Shown here piece by piece: positions 50,941 to 64,000 of a DNA stretch of 64,000 nt. The stretch spans positions 7,070,001 to 7,134,000 of the forward strand of contig NC_045696.1 in assembly GCF_009834535.1 (NCBI RefSeq). The letters run 5' to 3'. The DNA comes from Camelus ferus (lineage: Eukaryota). The position numbers were made by a program, and so were the translations under genes. The notes beneath the pieces are model-generated. The model searched no databases. It worked only from the letters and a program-made list of their open reading frames with translations, and was not told where the DNA came from. Numbering within the stretch: the first letter of the stretch is position 1; each line of letters opens with the position of its first letter.

Positions 50941-53639
50941 AGATCTACGGTCTAATTCTCGATTAGGGGAAGTGATATTGCAGAACCTCCCCCGCCCAGG
51001 GAGCTTCCTCATGCTTGCCTGCACCATCTGCACCAATCTACATGACTTGTGGACTTTCCACCCCAAATCTGCCTGCAGACTGATCCATGACAGAGATCAA
51101 AGATTATTAAAGACTAGGGTTTTGTTTTATATTCAACAAAGAAAACAGTCCAAGAATGCCTTCTGCCTTCTCTCAGCAAACTCAGAAATTACAACATTCC
51201 AAGTAGACTTGGGGGTGGTCTCCATTTGTCAGTCTTAACAGCTCAACCAAGGGAGTCCTGAGTATCTCCTAAGCACAAGCTTTGCCATCCTTCCCATTCT
51301 CTGGCGCTTCATCCAAATCCCACAGCCTTTTTCTTGTATATCAAAGGGGCTCCAGAGCAAGATCCTTGGAAGAGACACCAACAGAATGGTGACTGTGCTG
51401 AAAGCTCCCTAAGAGCCCACATCAACCCTTCTGACGCCAAGCGCTGGATGTTGTAGGCAGTCCCATGCCCAATTGGCCATGCATGTCTAATTAGACCCTT
51501 TCAGGTAGATTTTGCAGCAATAAAATTTACATATAGTTGAGGATATCCTACTCCCATGCTCCCCTCCACCCACAGAAACAAAACCTCTCTACCCAAGTAG
51601 AGACAAACTTGGACAAACTCTGCCCCTCATACAGCCAATTATCCGCAATCAGGTGCAAACCATCTCACAGAACCTTGTGTGTAGGTGCCAGGAAATCCCA
51701 GGTAAAGGGAGAGTTCTGGTCAACCAGGCAATAGACAAAAAGGCGAAGGCAATGATAGAAGGGTGTGGAAGAGAGAGGCAAGTAAGAGAAAGAGGGAAAG
51801 CATGAATCAATGAAGGAATACACCAGAAACGGTAGCTAGAGGTTTCACTTGGACATAGATTTTGAAACACAGTCATTAGTTCATCTTTCCCTTCTTTCAG
51901 GAGATGACTCTGCTTTCTATTTGTTATGAAGAAACTACAGTGGAAACGTGAGGCCATTTGAGCAAGACTGGAGTGGCCTTGCAGACTGAGAAGCAGTGGA
52001 GTCAGCCAGAAGCTCCTGACCTTGACCATGGTCTCTGCCTTCCTTCCACCTTCCATGTCCTAAACCAAACAATAAATGCAGAGGCCTACAGAAATGGTTC
52101 TCTGATTTTACGGTGCTTCTGCAGCTTCTGGAAACAAATTAATTGCAGATTCCCAAACTCTGCCCCAGGGAGTCTGATTCACGAGGTCCTACTTCAACAC
52201 AGGGATTCACCTTCTGATGTAGGTGGGGTATGGACCACATCTAGAGAAGGACGGAATTGCTGCCCAGTTTCCTTCCAGGGCTTACTCAACTGAACTGCAC
52301 TTTGGGAAGAAACTCAACTCTACTCCAGTGTTCTGCGATCTATTTAACTGTGGTTTTTAACAACTGTATTCTGATAAACTGAGGTAGCCAGAATATAACT
52401 GCAGGGCCTTAAAGTCTTCCTATGAGGGTTGAAGCAAAAATAAATAAAACAAATCAACCCCAGAAGGGTAGGAATTTCTGAAGCTACAGCACAGTGCTTT
52501 ACATTGCAAAGGCTCTAAACTAACTGTCTCTCTCTCCTCCTCTTCCATGACGCTCCCTTCTGGCCATATAGCCCTCAATTTTTTCACCTCTTCCCCTGAA
52601 AAAGGCCACCTGGACTCTGTCTCCTAGGTCAGGGACCCTCCCACAGCCCACTGCGAAACACAGTCGGGTTTCCTGTCTCCTGTTGCTCTTCTCTCACACT
52701 GGGGATCTGGAGTTCTATGGAATGAAGTATCCAGCGTGTTATCCTTAGATTGAGACCAGAAGCTCTCAAGTTAAGTTTATATTGTTTTCCCCAAAAAAGC
52801 CAGTGAAAACAGGGGTCCCACAGGGGTTGAGGACCCCTATTCATTTTGAGGAAACATGGTATTGATTAGAAAGTGGAGGGAACCACAAAGGACTTCAACT
52901 GTTTAAAATCAAAACAGGTAATACCTTAGAAGTTGATGAATGGGAAGAAAACTCAACAGTAGATTTCACAAGGTCTAATCAGTGCTACTCCTTGCTAACA
53001 AGTAGGTGCAATTGGAGCAGAGCGATAACACTTTTCCTGTCAGGACACAGCCCAGTGGCTGGTGGGCTTGGCCAGGAGAATGATCCTCACAGCCCAGTTC
53101 ATGTGGTCAGTTGTCAATGACCAGTCTACTGTGCAGTGGGCAGTGTGCCAGCTACCGTGAAGAACGAGAAATTGCACACACAACCTTTTAAGCCTTACCT
53201 CTTGAGTCTCAAGAGTCCTCCTGGGTAAAATGAAGGTGACATCTAACTCGTAGGGTCATTGTATTTGATAAATTAGTGCCGAACGGGGACCACTTGGCAG
53301 TGGAAGCCGTGGTATATTGCACTACAGTTGTGAAAGGGCTGTTCTCTCTCCCCTTCCAGAGTTCCTTATTTGCTGAGGGTCTCCTGAGTCGGTGTTTACA
53401 CCACGCGTGGAGCTGCAGAGAGCTGGAGGAGGATGTGGAGGAGGGGGACTCGCTGTTCATTCAAGCAGAGCTTCTGGGAATCCTGGGCAGGCTCTGCTGT
53501 AAATTCCCTCAGAAGTCACATCCGTGACTTGCCAGACGCAAGCAGGAACGAGGGCCAGCAGCAGCCCGCCACCTTCTGCCAGGAAAGAGAGAAATAGTGC
53601 CTGCACCCAGGAGTCACAGAAGAGGTCTCACTGTAGAGT

Positions 53640-54570
53640 CCTCCCTGCCGATCCAACTTGGGGAACCCGGGACAGGCGGGGGAGGAGTGGGGCGTTCGAG
53701 GTCCGATCTGCGTCCCCCAGGGGGAACAAGAGTGAAAAGCAAGTTGGGGCCGGGCTCGGATACTGCGGGGAGGGGAAGATGACCTCTGCAAGGATTCTCC
53801 TGGGAGGGTGCCCTCAGGGCGGTGAGAGCCGGCTTCCCGCACCGCGACACAGGCGACAGCGGGGGTGTGACCCCGCGCGGAGGGCTTGCTTTCCTAGCGC
53901 ACGCCTGGAGCCCTGGAGCATGCTCTGGAAAGCCCTGCCGGAGAGTTGCCCGGCAGGACGCCAAGCTCAGCACAGCTGAGGTGTCCGCCACCGGAGACCC
54001 AGCAGGACGGACCCATAATTGACTTGGTCTGCAGGACAGCCGAACTGCCCCACCCAAGTGAGCGCGCGGGCGCCACTTCTCCCGCGGCTCCCGGGAGGAA
54101 TGACCTGGCCCTCAGGGCGTGGCCAGGGAGCGTCTGTCCAATCGGCGCCCCGAGAGCGCGATCACGTGTTCGGCAGCCCGGGCGTCTCTTCCGCCTCGTA
54201 GCTCCGCCCAACGTGGCGATCGGCCGCTGGCACCACCCCTGCGAGGGTCTTATCGCGAGAGCTGGTCTGACAGCTCGTCCTCTGTCCTGCGCCGGCTGGA
54301 GTCACGCCTCAGTACCGAGGCTGCGGTTCGCCGTGGCTCCCGCACAGAGTGCAGGGGGCTCCCCAGAGCAAGGGGCGAGGACGAGAGCGCCGGAGGGGCC
54401 TGCAGCCGGCTTGCCCGCTCCCCGCCGGGACAGCCGCGCCCTGCGGGCCTGCACACCGCCCTGGTGTCATCTTGTCGCCTCCAGGCCCTTGACCAGCACT
54501 TGCCAGGGCCTCAAGTGGTGGCTGGGTTAGCCGGCGTCAGTGGAGGCTTCCTGTGGTTTTCCTGCGTTTA
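53640..54570. promoter_or_regulatory. orphan CpG island with promoter-type motifs
   Basis: A sharp local rise in GC and CpG density. It contains CCAAT (54138), CACGTG (54163), an ETS-like CTTCCG (54188), a GC box (54202) and TATCGCGAGA (54251). Confidence 0.75.
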
Positions 54571-56932
54571 AACGTCTTTGTCATCACTCTGCACTCCGCC
54601 CACTGAAACCCTTGAGGCATGGAAGAACATTCCAGCAGTAAATCCGGAGTCAACCTCATCTGAGAAGATGTGGTAATGAGAGCAGCTCGTGTCTGCGAAT
54701 CCCACAAAGGCGCCAGTGTCTCCCCCATCTCTCCTATCCTTTAACGACCCTGCAGGGCAGGCTTTGCCTTCCCCACTTTAGAGATGAGAAAACAGGCCCA
54801 GACGGGTAGGAGGAACTTGCCCAAAGTTGCATAAAGCCAGACTCTACATCTCAGCTGCGTGGGATGTCCAATCGTAATACCGCTGCTGAGTGACCCAGCC
54901 TCAGGCCCGCACTTCGGCCCGGAGGTCTGAAGGGAAAGGCTTGGCTCAGTGCCCCCGTGCGCTTGTCAGGGAATGGGCTGCGTGCTTGATCCCCTGTCCC
55001 AGGTGTGCCCGCTGTGGAACCCAACCTCGGGTCCCCAGGAGAAGACAACCTGTCAGCAGGACCCACCAGAGCCCCTTACATGCCTGTGGCCTTGGCGCTG
55101 CCCCTGGACCCAGCCTTCCTGCCCCAGCACCTTGTTCACACTGGGCTTGGAGGAAGGAGGAGGCGGACTGTGGGCTCCAGCCGTCATGAGAATGCTCTGG
55201 CTATGAGGGGCCGCTTCTTGACCACAGAGCTGGCCAGGAGTGAAAAAACGGCCTCCCTCAGATACACTTCTCTGAGGGAAATCCTAAGGGATATTAAAAT
55301 TGTCCCAACTTATATTCATTCATGTCAAATGAACATTTGTCTCAGGCCCAACACGATACCTTGGTAGAGCCAAACCAGTTGACTTCAGCCACCTACAGGG
55401 GAGCTAGAAGCCCCCTACCATTTAAAACACTGTGGAAATGCCCGAAATTCCACCGCTAGCAATTCTCTGAGATTAAGAATCATCCTCTTCAGATTCTTTA
55501 ATATGTGAAATTCCTTAAACCCCTGATTTTCTGGTAGGAGAAGGGGTAAATTAAAGGGCTGAGTTCCTAGGAAGAGGGAAGAGAGGACACAGAAGAGGGA
55601 AGCCCTCTCCGTCCCCATGCCCAGGGACTCTGGAGAGAGTCTGAGAGAGGGGTCTTCCCACTTCTTGCAGACCACTCAGGAAATTTTAAGACCTGGTCTC
55701 TCTAACTCACTTAATACTCCTCGAGCCTTCAAGGGGTGCTTTTCTGCCCTTTGAGGGGTTCTGAGACCACATGAGCCTACTGACTGCTCACAGTCACATG
55801 TGACCACATTCCAGAGATATGAACAGGAATCTCAGGGCTCTCTACGGGCCAAACTGCCCTCCGAGCAGCCGGGTCATCAGAGAGTAAGATCTGGCCTTTC
55901 CCAGGATTCATCAGAACCACTTCTGTTTCCCATTCCAGGAAACAAAGCAAAGCCATAGTCAGAAAATAATGAGAAAGAACTATGAAATCAAAGGAAAAAG
56001 AAAACAAGTTGATAAATCGACAGTGTTGGCTCAAAAGTGGAGACTAAGAACCCCCAAGATGACATAAGCATTAAACATGATTATTAAAATGGGAAAAGTT
56101 ATTCTGTTTGGACATGCTCTTGACTCCTGTCTCTTCATCTGCTCAGACTCCTGCTGATTTCAAAGCCGAGGTTGGGCACCGAGGAGGAGATTTACCGTTT
56201 ATCATCGGAGGACAAAAATATGACCTTCCTTCCTTCCTTCCTTCCTCACTTTTCTAGAAATAAAAGGAAGATTCAGAAAGCAAGAGCATGTCTATAAATT
56301 TTGACAAATGATACCATCAAAATGAAGCAAATGGCCAAAGGGAACTAAATCCATCTTTGGTACCCCGACCACCATCAGCAAATGCTTGCTTGGGCAGTAA
56401 CATTAGTTAGAATCTAATGTGATTCAATGAAGGGAAAACTGGTCACCAGAAACCTTGTTGGTCCCCTAGTAAAGACACCATCACTTCTAAGTACCTGGAG
56501 GGCCAAAGGCACCCAGAATTCTTGGGCCTTTTACATCTTGGTGTGGGCCACCCTTCCCTCCTCCTCCACAACCCCTCCCCGCATCATGGCACAGAGCAGG
56601 TGCTCACTGAAGGTCCCCTGAGCAAGCGTCAGCACACACAGCAGGGGCAGCAGGGAAGAGAGGCCCGACGCAGGAAGAGTGCGCCGCCATCCCTGGGCCC
56701 CAACCCCACCGCCCCATGTTGGTTCTCCCCACCTTCTAGGGGTCTGACTCTGCCTGGTATTTCTGCCAGAGCTAAACAGTCACAGCAGGGGCCCAGGCAC
56801 AGGTCATGAGGACAAAGGAAGCAGCAACTCTTTCTATTTGCACAGCACTCTACAGTCTGCAAAGCTCTTTCCCATAATTGCCTTTTAGAAGGTTATCATC
56901 ACAACCTCTAGAGATCAGGACACGGAGGCGCA

Positions 56933-57307
56933 GTGTTAGGGGCTAAATTATGGCCCCCTGGACCCAGTGTAATCACAAGGATTCTTAAAAGATCCAAGAG
57001 GAAGGTAAGAGGGTCAGAGTGTGAGGTGAGACCCTGGAGGCAGAGGTCAGAGTGAAGTGACTGCTGGCTGTGAGGGTGGAGGACCGGGCCACGACCCAAG
57101 AACTGCAGACAGGCTCTAGAAGCTGGAAAAGACAAGAAAACAGATTCTCCCGGGACCCTCCAGAAGGAACACAGCCCCGCCAACACCTAGATGTCAGCCC
57201 GGTGAAACCCATTCGGATTTCCGATCCCCAGAACTTAAGGTAACAGATTTGTGTTGTTGCCGCTAAATTTGTGGTAATTTTTAAAGCACCCATGGGAAAC
57301 GGACACA
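56933..57307 (+). mobile_element. MLT1D-type MaLR solo LTR
   Basis: ggacccagtgtaatcacaaggattcttaaaag...ctctagaagctggaaaagacaagaaaacagattctccc...ctccagaaggaacacagccccgccaacacc...aaatttgtggtaattt. Confidence 0.8.
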
Positions 57308-60300
57308 GGAGGTAATGCCCAAAAGCAAAGGCTAAAAGGGTGACATGGTTTTCTGGGGAGCACTTCTGTGGGAGGAGAGGACTGGAGGGAGGGAGAGTGC
57401 TCACCATCCTGTGCCTTTCAGTTCTGGATAGTTCTTCAACTCTGTGCATCTGTTTGATAAACATGTTTTAAATTCAGCAGGGGATCCCTCACATCCTAGT
57501 CACCTAAAGTGAGGAAGATGTGAGAAAACTGACCGTAGTGTATCCAGGGACGGAGCCCAAACAATTAAACAGTCAATGGGGGTTCCACGTGCACCTACTG
57601 TGTGCCCCACACAAACAAGGTGATACGAGGGATTTTAAAAGATGCCTGGGCCCCTGCATCCAGGAGTCCATCAGTCCCACTTGCCTCTCGCATTACCGGA
57701 CCCAGAACTGGGCAGAGCTGCCCCGGGTACCATGGGCCCCAAGGCCGTGGGCACTGCGGAGTCAGCAAAGTCAGGATGGGTTGGTGATGTCAAAAGGAAT
57801 TGTGGGGTCATGCGGGGTCAAGCGGGCCTTAAAGAATCAGAGACTTTTCATGAATGGCAGGTAGGAGGGGCCAAGAGCCTTGAAAGGGAGCTGAGAGCTG
57901 CGTGTGGTTCACTGTGGAGCCCACCTGGGGGCTCCATTTGGATGGGAGTCACCCCAAAGATGAGAGGCACAGGAGTATACAGCCCACAACTGCAGATTTA
58001 CGCACCTGCTTGTATCCAACCAGGTTTGCCAGGCACTCTTACATAGCTCAGATTCATTAGGAGCATGAACTTGGAGAGTTCCTGCCCCAGTGAGCAGGTA
58101 ACACTTAGAGGGGCGCGAAGGAGCCCATGGCTCTTCCTCTGGGCATCTTGTCTTCCATCGATTCATTCAACACTCTGTCAGCATCTGCCACAGGCCAGGA
58201 CCACTCCAGGCCCCGAGAATCCTATGATGATCAGGACCACCTGAGAGCCTTCCCTGGGGGCGCAGGTTCCAGTGAGAGGATTGATGCTGAACAGGTGCAT
58301 TTAGGAGGGCTTTGAGGAAGAGTAAATCAGGGTGAGGGATGAGAGAGTGTGCTGCTTCGGATGGAGAAATCAAGAAATGGCTAAGAAGCTGACATCTGGG
58401 AAGAGGGCGTGGCGTGGGGGCAGGACTGACCTTGATTTACCTGTCTGGGCATGACTGGTAAATCTCCAGCAGAACCTAATGAGTTTCCATGGTTCATCCT
58501 TTGCTTCTATCTGTAAGACTAACAACAGTCCCATTGCCACAGGAAACCATTCCAGATGTTTGCCCCCCAGTTGCAAAAGTTAAGGCTCAACCGCTCAGGG
58601 TACCAGCATTTATCAGCTGTTCACCACACTGAGCTGGGCGCCCTCCAAAGACAGACGCAGACATGTGGTGACCTTACAGATCAGCACGGGGGCAGTCGGG
58701 GCGCCCTGCACGTGCTGTCATCCCTCAGACCCTTCCCCAGGCCTCCGCGTTCTGTACATGGCCGTGGAGCCACGCACACATCTAGACACAGTCATCAGCA
58801 GGGTTTGGTGTCACTGTCTTGGGAAACAGTGCACGTCTCTGCGTCCCACTGAGGGCACGAGCCCTGTGGTTATCTTTTGGCTGGGCCTTAGCCTTATAAA
58901 CACAGACACGTGCCTCCGCCACTCAAGCAGAAGGAATGCGGGCATGTGGCCTTGGAGGTCTGAAATGATCCTCTCCTGAAATGATCCAAGACTGCAGAGG
59001 TAAGACTGGGTTCAGGGTTCAGCTGCACACTTTGAGATTTTGCAGTAGTGGTTCCTAATCTTTGGTGTGCTTAAAAATCAATTAGGTGTGTGCTGAAAAT
59101 GCTGATCCCTCGGCCCAGGGATCCAGAGATTCTGATTCAGACGTTCAGTCTGAAGAAGAAGCTGGAATTCTGGGATTCACAGCCCTCCAGGAGCTTCGGA
59201 TGCTAGTGGTAAGTCACACGCTGAGAAACTGTTTTACAAAGGAAAGGTAGTGTTGGAGGCAAGTTTTTTTGAGATGCCACCACCTGGGGCAGCGCACAGT
59301 CAGGACGCAGAACAGCTTCCTTTTAAAACCAAAGTGCAAACCCCTGGGAAGTTCAAGCAGAGAAGCGGTGGAGAGGAGACGCTGGTAGACAGAGGTGCGT
59401 TTTCAACTCATCTCCAGGGCTCCCCGGCTCTTTCCTCCGAGAGTCATCTTCCCTTAGGACTGGTTTCCTTTTAACTCCGATTTCCATAATGCCCATCAAA
59501 ATTCCAGCCCTAGATCAAAGTCTCTCTCCTCTTATCCCCTGAGGATAACCAAAATTAGCTGATATTTGCAAAAGAATATTAATAAAACTAAGACTGCAGA
59601 AAACTAACGGGAATCCTTATTGAAAATACAAATAGCAATGAGCATTCAAGTTTCCAAAATGTAGGTTTCTGGTGCTAAGATGACCATCCAGCAGCACTGA
59701 GTGGGTGTCTCCCATCTCCAACCCCAGTATCCTCACTTCCTGGACTCATGCTGGCCTCCTTCCCCCTTCATCTACCGGCCAACAAAACCATCACCGCCCC
59801 TGAGAACTGAGGCAGAAAATGAAACGATGGTTTCCTATCCTCTGCCTGGCACCATTCTGGGGCCACCCGGGGGACTCTGGTCCCTCTGGTCCCAAGCTCC
59901 AGGCTCTGGGCTCTGCAGGGATGCATTTGTACAAATCTCATTCATCACACACCCATCACTTTGTGGGTAAGCCGTAATAACCCACGCCCGGAGCGGCTCA
60001 CACAAGTGTCCCCTGCACAGCCACTCTGGAACTGTGTGAGACGCAGCATACAGAACACTTGAAAATGAGCCCTTTGAATTTACATCCAATAAAAAATGTC
60101 CAGCTCTCCAGCCAAGAAGTTTAAGCCAAACTCCCCGCTTCACACCCTCTCCGCGGCCCCACGTCTCACACACCCTCCTGAATTCTTATCTTCATAGCTA
60201 GTCCTTAACCCATGGGAAGGACCACAGCCGCAATGCCCGTATCTTCAAAACAGAAAAAAGAAAAAAAGAAGAAAATGAGTGATGACAGGACAAGGTGCTG

Positions 60301-61189
60301 TTTGGATTTGTGAGTTAATTTGTGTGTGACGTCATACAATTCCATAGCATTAAGTAACATGCAGACTTTTAACAGATCACCTTTATTGAAAAGAATCAAA
60401 TTTCACAGAATGAAGACTGTCCTGGAGAATCTGGGGTGTGTGGTTGCTGTAGTAATCGATGCCTTCTAGAACAAATCTGTGCTTGGCTAATTACAGCCTT
60501 CTATTTTTAAACTCATCTACATTCTTCTCCCCCAACCCCAACATTGCTCACACGACTCCGGCAGTAAAATACTGTTATCTGTACAGCCCGTGCCCATCTC
60601 AAAATAACTTGTTTCCAGTCAGCCTCCGCCTGCTGTGGGAGGCAAGAGGCCGTGTTCCCCAACCACCTGGAAGGCCAAACGGACACCTCTGAAAGAACCC
60701 CAAACACTTAACAAAATGGGAAGAAAACAGCAGCACAGACTTCCAGGGTTACCACTGCGTTGCAAGCACCCGCAGCCTGGGAGTCTGGGTGAGGCCGGCT
60801 GCGGGGTCAGGATACCACCGCCCGGAGCCAGGCCTGGGCCCCACACTGCCTCCTGGGAAGCTCTTTGGTCACCAGCCAGAGAGGTGATGGCAGAGCAGCG
60901 CTGGGGCCAACCCCACGGTCAGTCCAGCTCCTATGGGACCATCTCAGGTCATCCCCGGGGCCGTGTCAAGGCCCAGTGCTCAAAGCCTGGGAAAAGGCTG
61001 CCAGCAGCCATCCGCCCTCCGGAAGCCTGGCTGCCTGGGGGCGTGTTAACTCCATCTGCAGGCCTGACTTCCCACAGCAGGGCTGTGGGTGCCTGTGGAA
61101 ACAGATGAAGACCACCCAGTGACAGCAGGCAAGGGCTATCATTTGTCAGAACTTGCTGCAGCAAGAGGGGCATCTGCACCATCCCCGGC

Positions 61190-61620
61190 TGCCTTGGTTT
61201 GCTCTGGCTGTCGTAACAAGGCACCACGCGCTGCGGGCCTCAGACAGCAGAGAGGAATTCTCTCACAGCTTTGGAGGCTGGAGTCTGAGATCGGGGAATC
61301 AGAAGAGCCATGCTCCCCCTGGAAGGTGCTGGGGAGAATCTGTCCCAGGCCTCCCTCCTAGCTTCCAGTGGCTTATCGGTGACCTTTGGTGTTCCTTGAC
61401 TTGTAAATGCATCCCTGGGTCTCTGTGCAGATCTGTGTCCAAATTTCTCCGTTTTATATGGACACCAGTCATATTGGATGAGGGGCCCACCCTACTAGCT
61501 ACTACGTCTTAGCTAATTACATCCACAGTGATTCTATTTCCAAAGAAGGGCACATTCTGAGGTCCCGAGGATCAGGACTTCAACACAGGAATTCCTGGAG
61601 GACACAACTCAACGCATAAG
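61190..61620 (-). mobile_element. MLT1-type MaLR solo LTR
   Basis: ggctgtcgtaacaaggcaccac...tctctcacagctttggaggctggagtctgagatc...ctatttccaaagaagggcacattctgagg. Confidence 0.75.
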
Positions 61621-62229
61621 GCTGGCCTCTGGCCGAGACTCAAAAGCAAGCGAAGCAGGAAGTGGGAAAGCCTTTTGGTGAACAAGAGGGGCTTCAGGTG
61701 GGCCTGCTCCGGGCTTGTGCACAGGGAGGCAGGAAGCAGCAAACTAGAAGCGGGCATCCTGTGTGGTTAGTTATGAGAGCACATACGCCTTTCTCTGGTT
61801 GGTCCTGAGCTGGAAGTCGGGCAGACGTTAGGGAAGTTGGCCGTCGCTGACTGAGTCCTGGCTGTTATGGGCCGGTTGCTGCAGCGGCTCTGTTTTTATG
61901 TATGTATGGTCTCTCCATTGTATGTTCAATCTCTCAGTGCAAATGACACCTCCTGATGTTCTCAGGGTGCTTCTGGGGCTGGAATTGGGGGCAGGTGGTC
62001 CAGAAGACCCAGCCCTGGAAGGACTCAGTGCCTCCAAGAGGAGGCCCAGGACGGGCAACCTCACAGGGCAGATCCACACAGACCCGTGGGTCCCCTTCTG
62101 CAACCGCCTCTGTTGACGCCCACCAGGCTGAGCACAGACGCGCAGTGGGAAAGTGTGGGTGCTTTGACTCTAGAGCCGCCGTCCTCTGGCTTTTTGGTCT
62201 AGCTCCCCTTGAAGGGCCCCAGAGAGCTT

Positions 62230-62620
62230 TTGCTGGGGAGAAAAGCTATCAATATTTACCACATTAGAACAAAGTGATTTTTAAAATATCTAATCCATTA
62301 CATGTTCATGTAAATAACATAATTTTATGAAAAATAACTATACTTTCCAGAAGAAAAAATTGCAAGTGTGGCATTATTTTAAATTTTTGCAGATCTCCTG
62401 AATGTCTAGCTGAATAGAAGCCAGCTGGCATCTCGTGCTTCTGCATTCAGTCTGTTGGGGTCGCACACATCATGTAGCCTCTGGAAAACCCACACCACAC
62501 TCACGAGAGTGAACAGAAGCTAAAAGCATGGTAGAATTACTGGGGAAAATAGTTTTGACCTTGCAGACCTTCTGCAGTATCTCAGGGACCCCCGGGCATC
62601 CCCAGACCACCGCCAGAGAC
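62230..62620. mobile_element. Charlie1-type hAT DNA transposon fragment
   Basis: aaaataactatactttccagaag...gtggcattattttaaatttttgcagatctcctgaatgtctagctgaatagaagccagctgg...gaaaatagttttgacctt. Confidence 0.65.
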
Positions 62621-62903
62621 TCTTGCTTGTGGACCGAGGCTTGCGGACCCGCAGCGAGTCTGGGGCTTGCCGGGATGTGGGAGGGAGGGGATTAGTGACC
62701 ACCCTGGTCAAACAGAAGCATCTCACAAGTTAGAAAAGGCCCCAAGCCTGAGTGAAAAGATAAGAAATTTAAGACTGGGGTCAAAGTCAAGTGCTTTCAG
62801 TATCTTCACCTCCCACCTGAAGAGGCAAAGGCAAAAAAAGTAGAAATGGGGGGCAAAAAATCCTTATTGCTTGTTCCGTCTTTCCTCCACTAGTTCCAAG
62901 GTT

Positions 62904-63268
62904 AACAATTGTTCCTTAGTGCCCGAGGGGTATTGGTTCCAGGACCCACCTCCCCATCCCAGGACACCAGAATCCCAAGATGCTCAAAAAGTTTCATGCA
63001 AAATGGCATGGTATTTGCATATAACCAGCACATATCCTCCCACATACTTTAAATCATCTCTGGATTACTTATAATACTGAATACAACGTAAATGCTGTGT
63101 TAATAGTTGTAAATACAGTGTAAATGCTATGTAAATAGTTGTTGGTATGTGGCAAATTCAAGTTTTGCTTTTTGGAACTTTCTGGAACTCTTATTTTCCA
63201 AATATTTTCTATCCGAGGTTGGTGAATCCATGGGTGCAGAACCCTCAGATGCGGAGGGCTGACCATAC
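62904..63268. mobile_element. MER2 (Tigger-type) DNA transposon
   Basis: gggtattggttccaggaccc...aaaatggcatggtatttgcatataacc...ttggtgaatccatgggtgcagaaccc...ggagggctgacc. Confidence 0.78.
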
Positions 63269-63746
63269 ATGCCATTAGAAACTGATTGAACTGGTAGATG
63301 CTGGGGAGCATTAGCGTCTCCCCAGAACAGAGTCCTCATTAGACCCACCCCAGCCAGGGGAGCCCAGGCGGGGAGCAGAGGGCAGCCACGGAGTGATGGC
63401 GTGGGAGCTTCTTGCCTCTCCAGTCCTCTCCTCTCTCAGTTCCTCCCGCTCCTCTTTGTGTCTAACCACTCTGGGCTGCTTCTCCCTCCTCCTTCCCCCT
63501 GTGACGCAGGCGAAGCCTGAAGTACAGTTTACATAACATTTAAGATGGAAGAAGTAGCTGGCTGGCCACTTACTAGAGTAAATTAAGACTAATAGTGAAA
63601 AAGGTAGAAAAGAAAGACCAAAGATCAAAAGGTAAAAAGAAAACAAAAAATTTTTAATTAAAACTTTAAAAAACACACAATTGCTGGAATTCTAATCCCT
63701 ACTTCATATTGTATCATCCAATGGAAGAGAGAGGGTCCTTCTTATT

Positions 63747-63773
63747 TGTGTGTGTGTGTGTGTGTGTGTGTGT
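63747..63773. repeat. (TG)n microsatellite at an L1 tail
   Basis: Directly visible. Confidence 0.93.
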
Positions 63774-63990
63774 ATTTTTATTGAAGTACAGTGTACAATG
63801 TTGTGTCAATTTCTGGTGTACAGCATAATGCATGAACACACATATACTCGTTTTCATGTTCTTTTCACCCTAAGTTACTACAAGATATTGAATATAGTTC
63901 CCTGTGCTATACAGTATAAGCTTGTTGTTTATCTGTTTTATATGTATATTAGCTATCTGCAAATCTCGAACTCCCAATTTATCCCTCTCT
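63774..63990 (-). mobile_element. L1 3' end
   Basis: ttttattgaagtacagtgtacaatgttgtgtcaatttctggtgtacagcataatg...caagatattgaatatagttccctgtgctatacagt is the reverse of the L1 tail at 47282-47518. Confidence 0.88.
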
Positions 63991-64000
63991 AGGCAGAACA

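Noticed and set aside
53524..54571. 150-194-aa Arg/Pro/Ala-rich ORFs in the CpG island
   Set aside because: Frames are open on both strands because GC-rich DNA has few stop codons, and there is no recognisable protein similarity.
27250..64000. DYRK1A exons expected from human synteny
   Set aside because: No kinase-domain or His-repeat coding sequence is seen on either strand; the gene presumably lies beyond the window.

Overview
Mammalian genomic DNA, most likely from a camelid, judged from a Vic-1-type tRNA-derived SINE and lineage-type L1 tails. The only protein-coding sequence I can support is the terminal coding exon of KCNJ6 (GIRK2/Kir3.2 inward-rectifier K+ channel) on the + strand at 11487-11812, which ends in the PDZ ligand ESKV. 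Bases 1-11486 are its last intron. The exon is followed by a probable very long (~15.4 kb) 3' UTR, with a proximal poly(A) signal at 12357 and a well-formed distal one at 27191. The remaining ~37 kb is gene-free and rich in L1, MIR, MaLR/ERV LTRs and hAT/Tigger DNA-transposon fossils. By human synteny (inference only) it should be the KCNJ6-DYRK1A intergenic interval. I see no evidence of a new protein-coding system; the other ORFs look like chance frames or transposon remnants. The best leads are non-coding: an orphan CpG island with a full promoter motif set (~53.6-54.6 kb), a dense MEIS/PBX motif cluster (~34.1 kb), the regulatory layout of the long 3' UTR (alternative poly(A) sites, Pumilio and miRNA sites, a duplicated hairpin), an antisense solo LTR beside the last splice acceptor, and a palindrome-chain scar behind the SINE. 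Repeat family names come from my recall of consensus sequences, and repeat boundaries are approximate unless a target-site duplication (TSD) is given.
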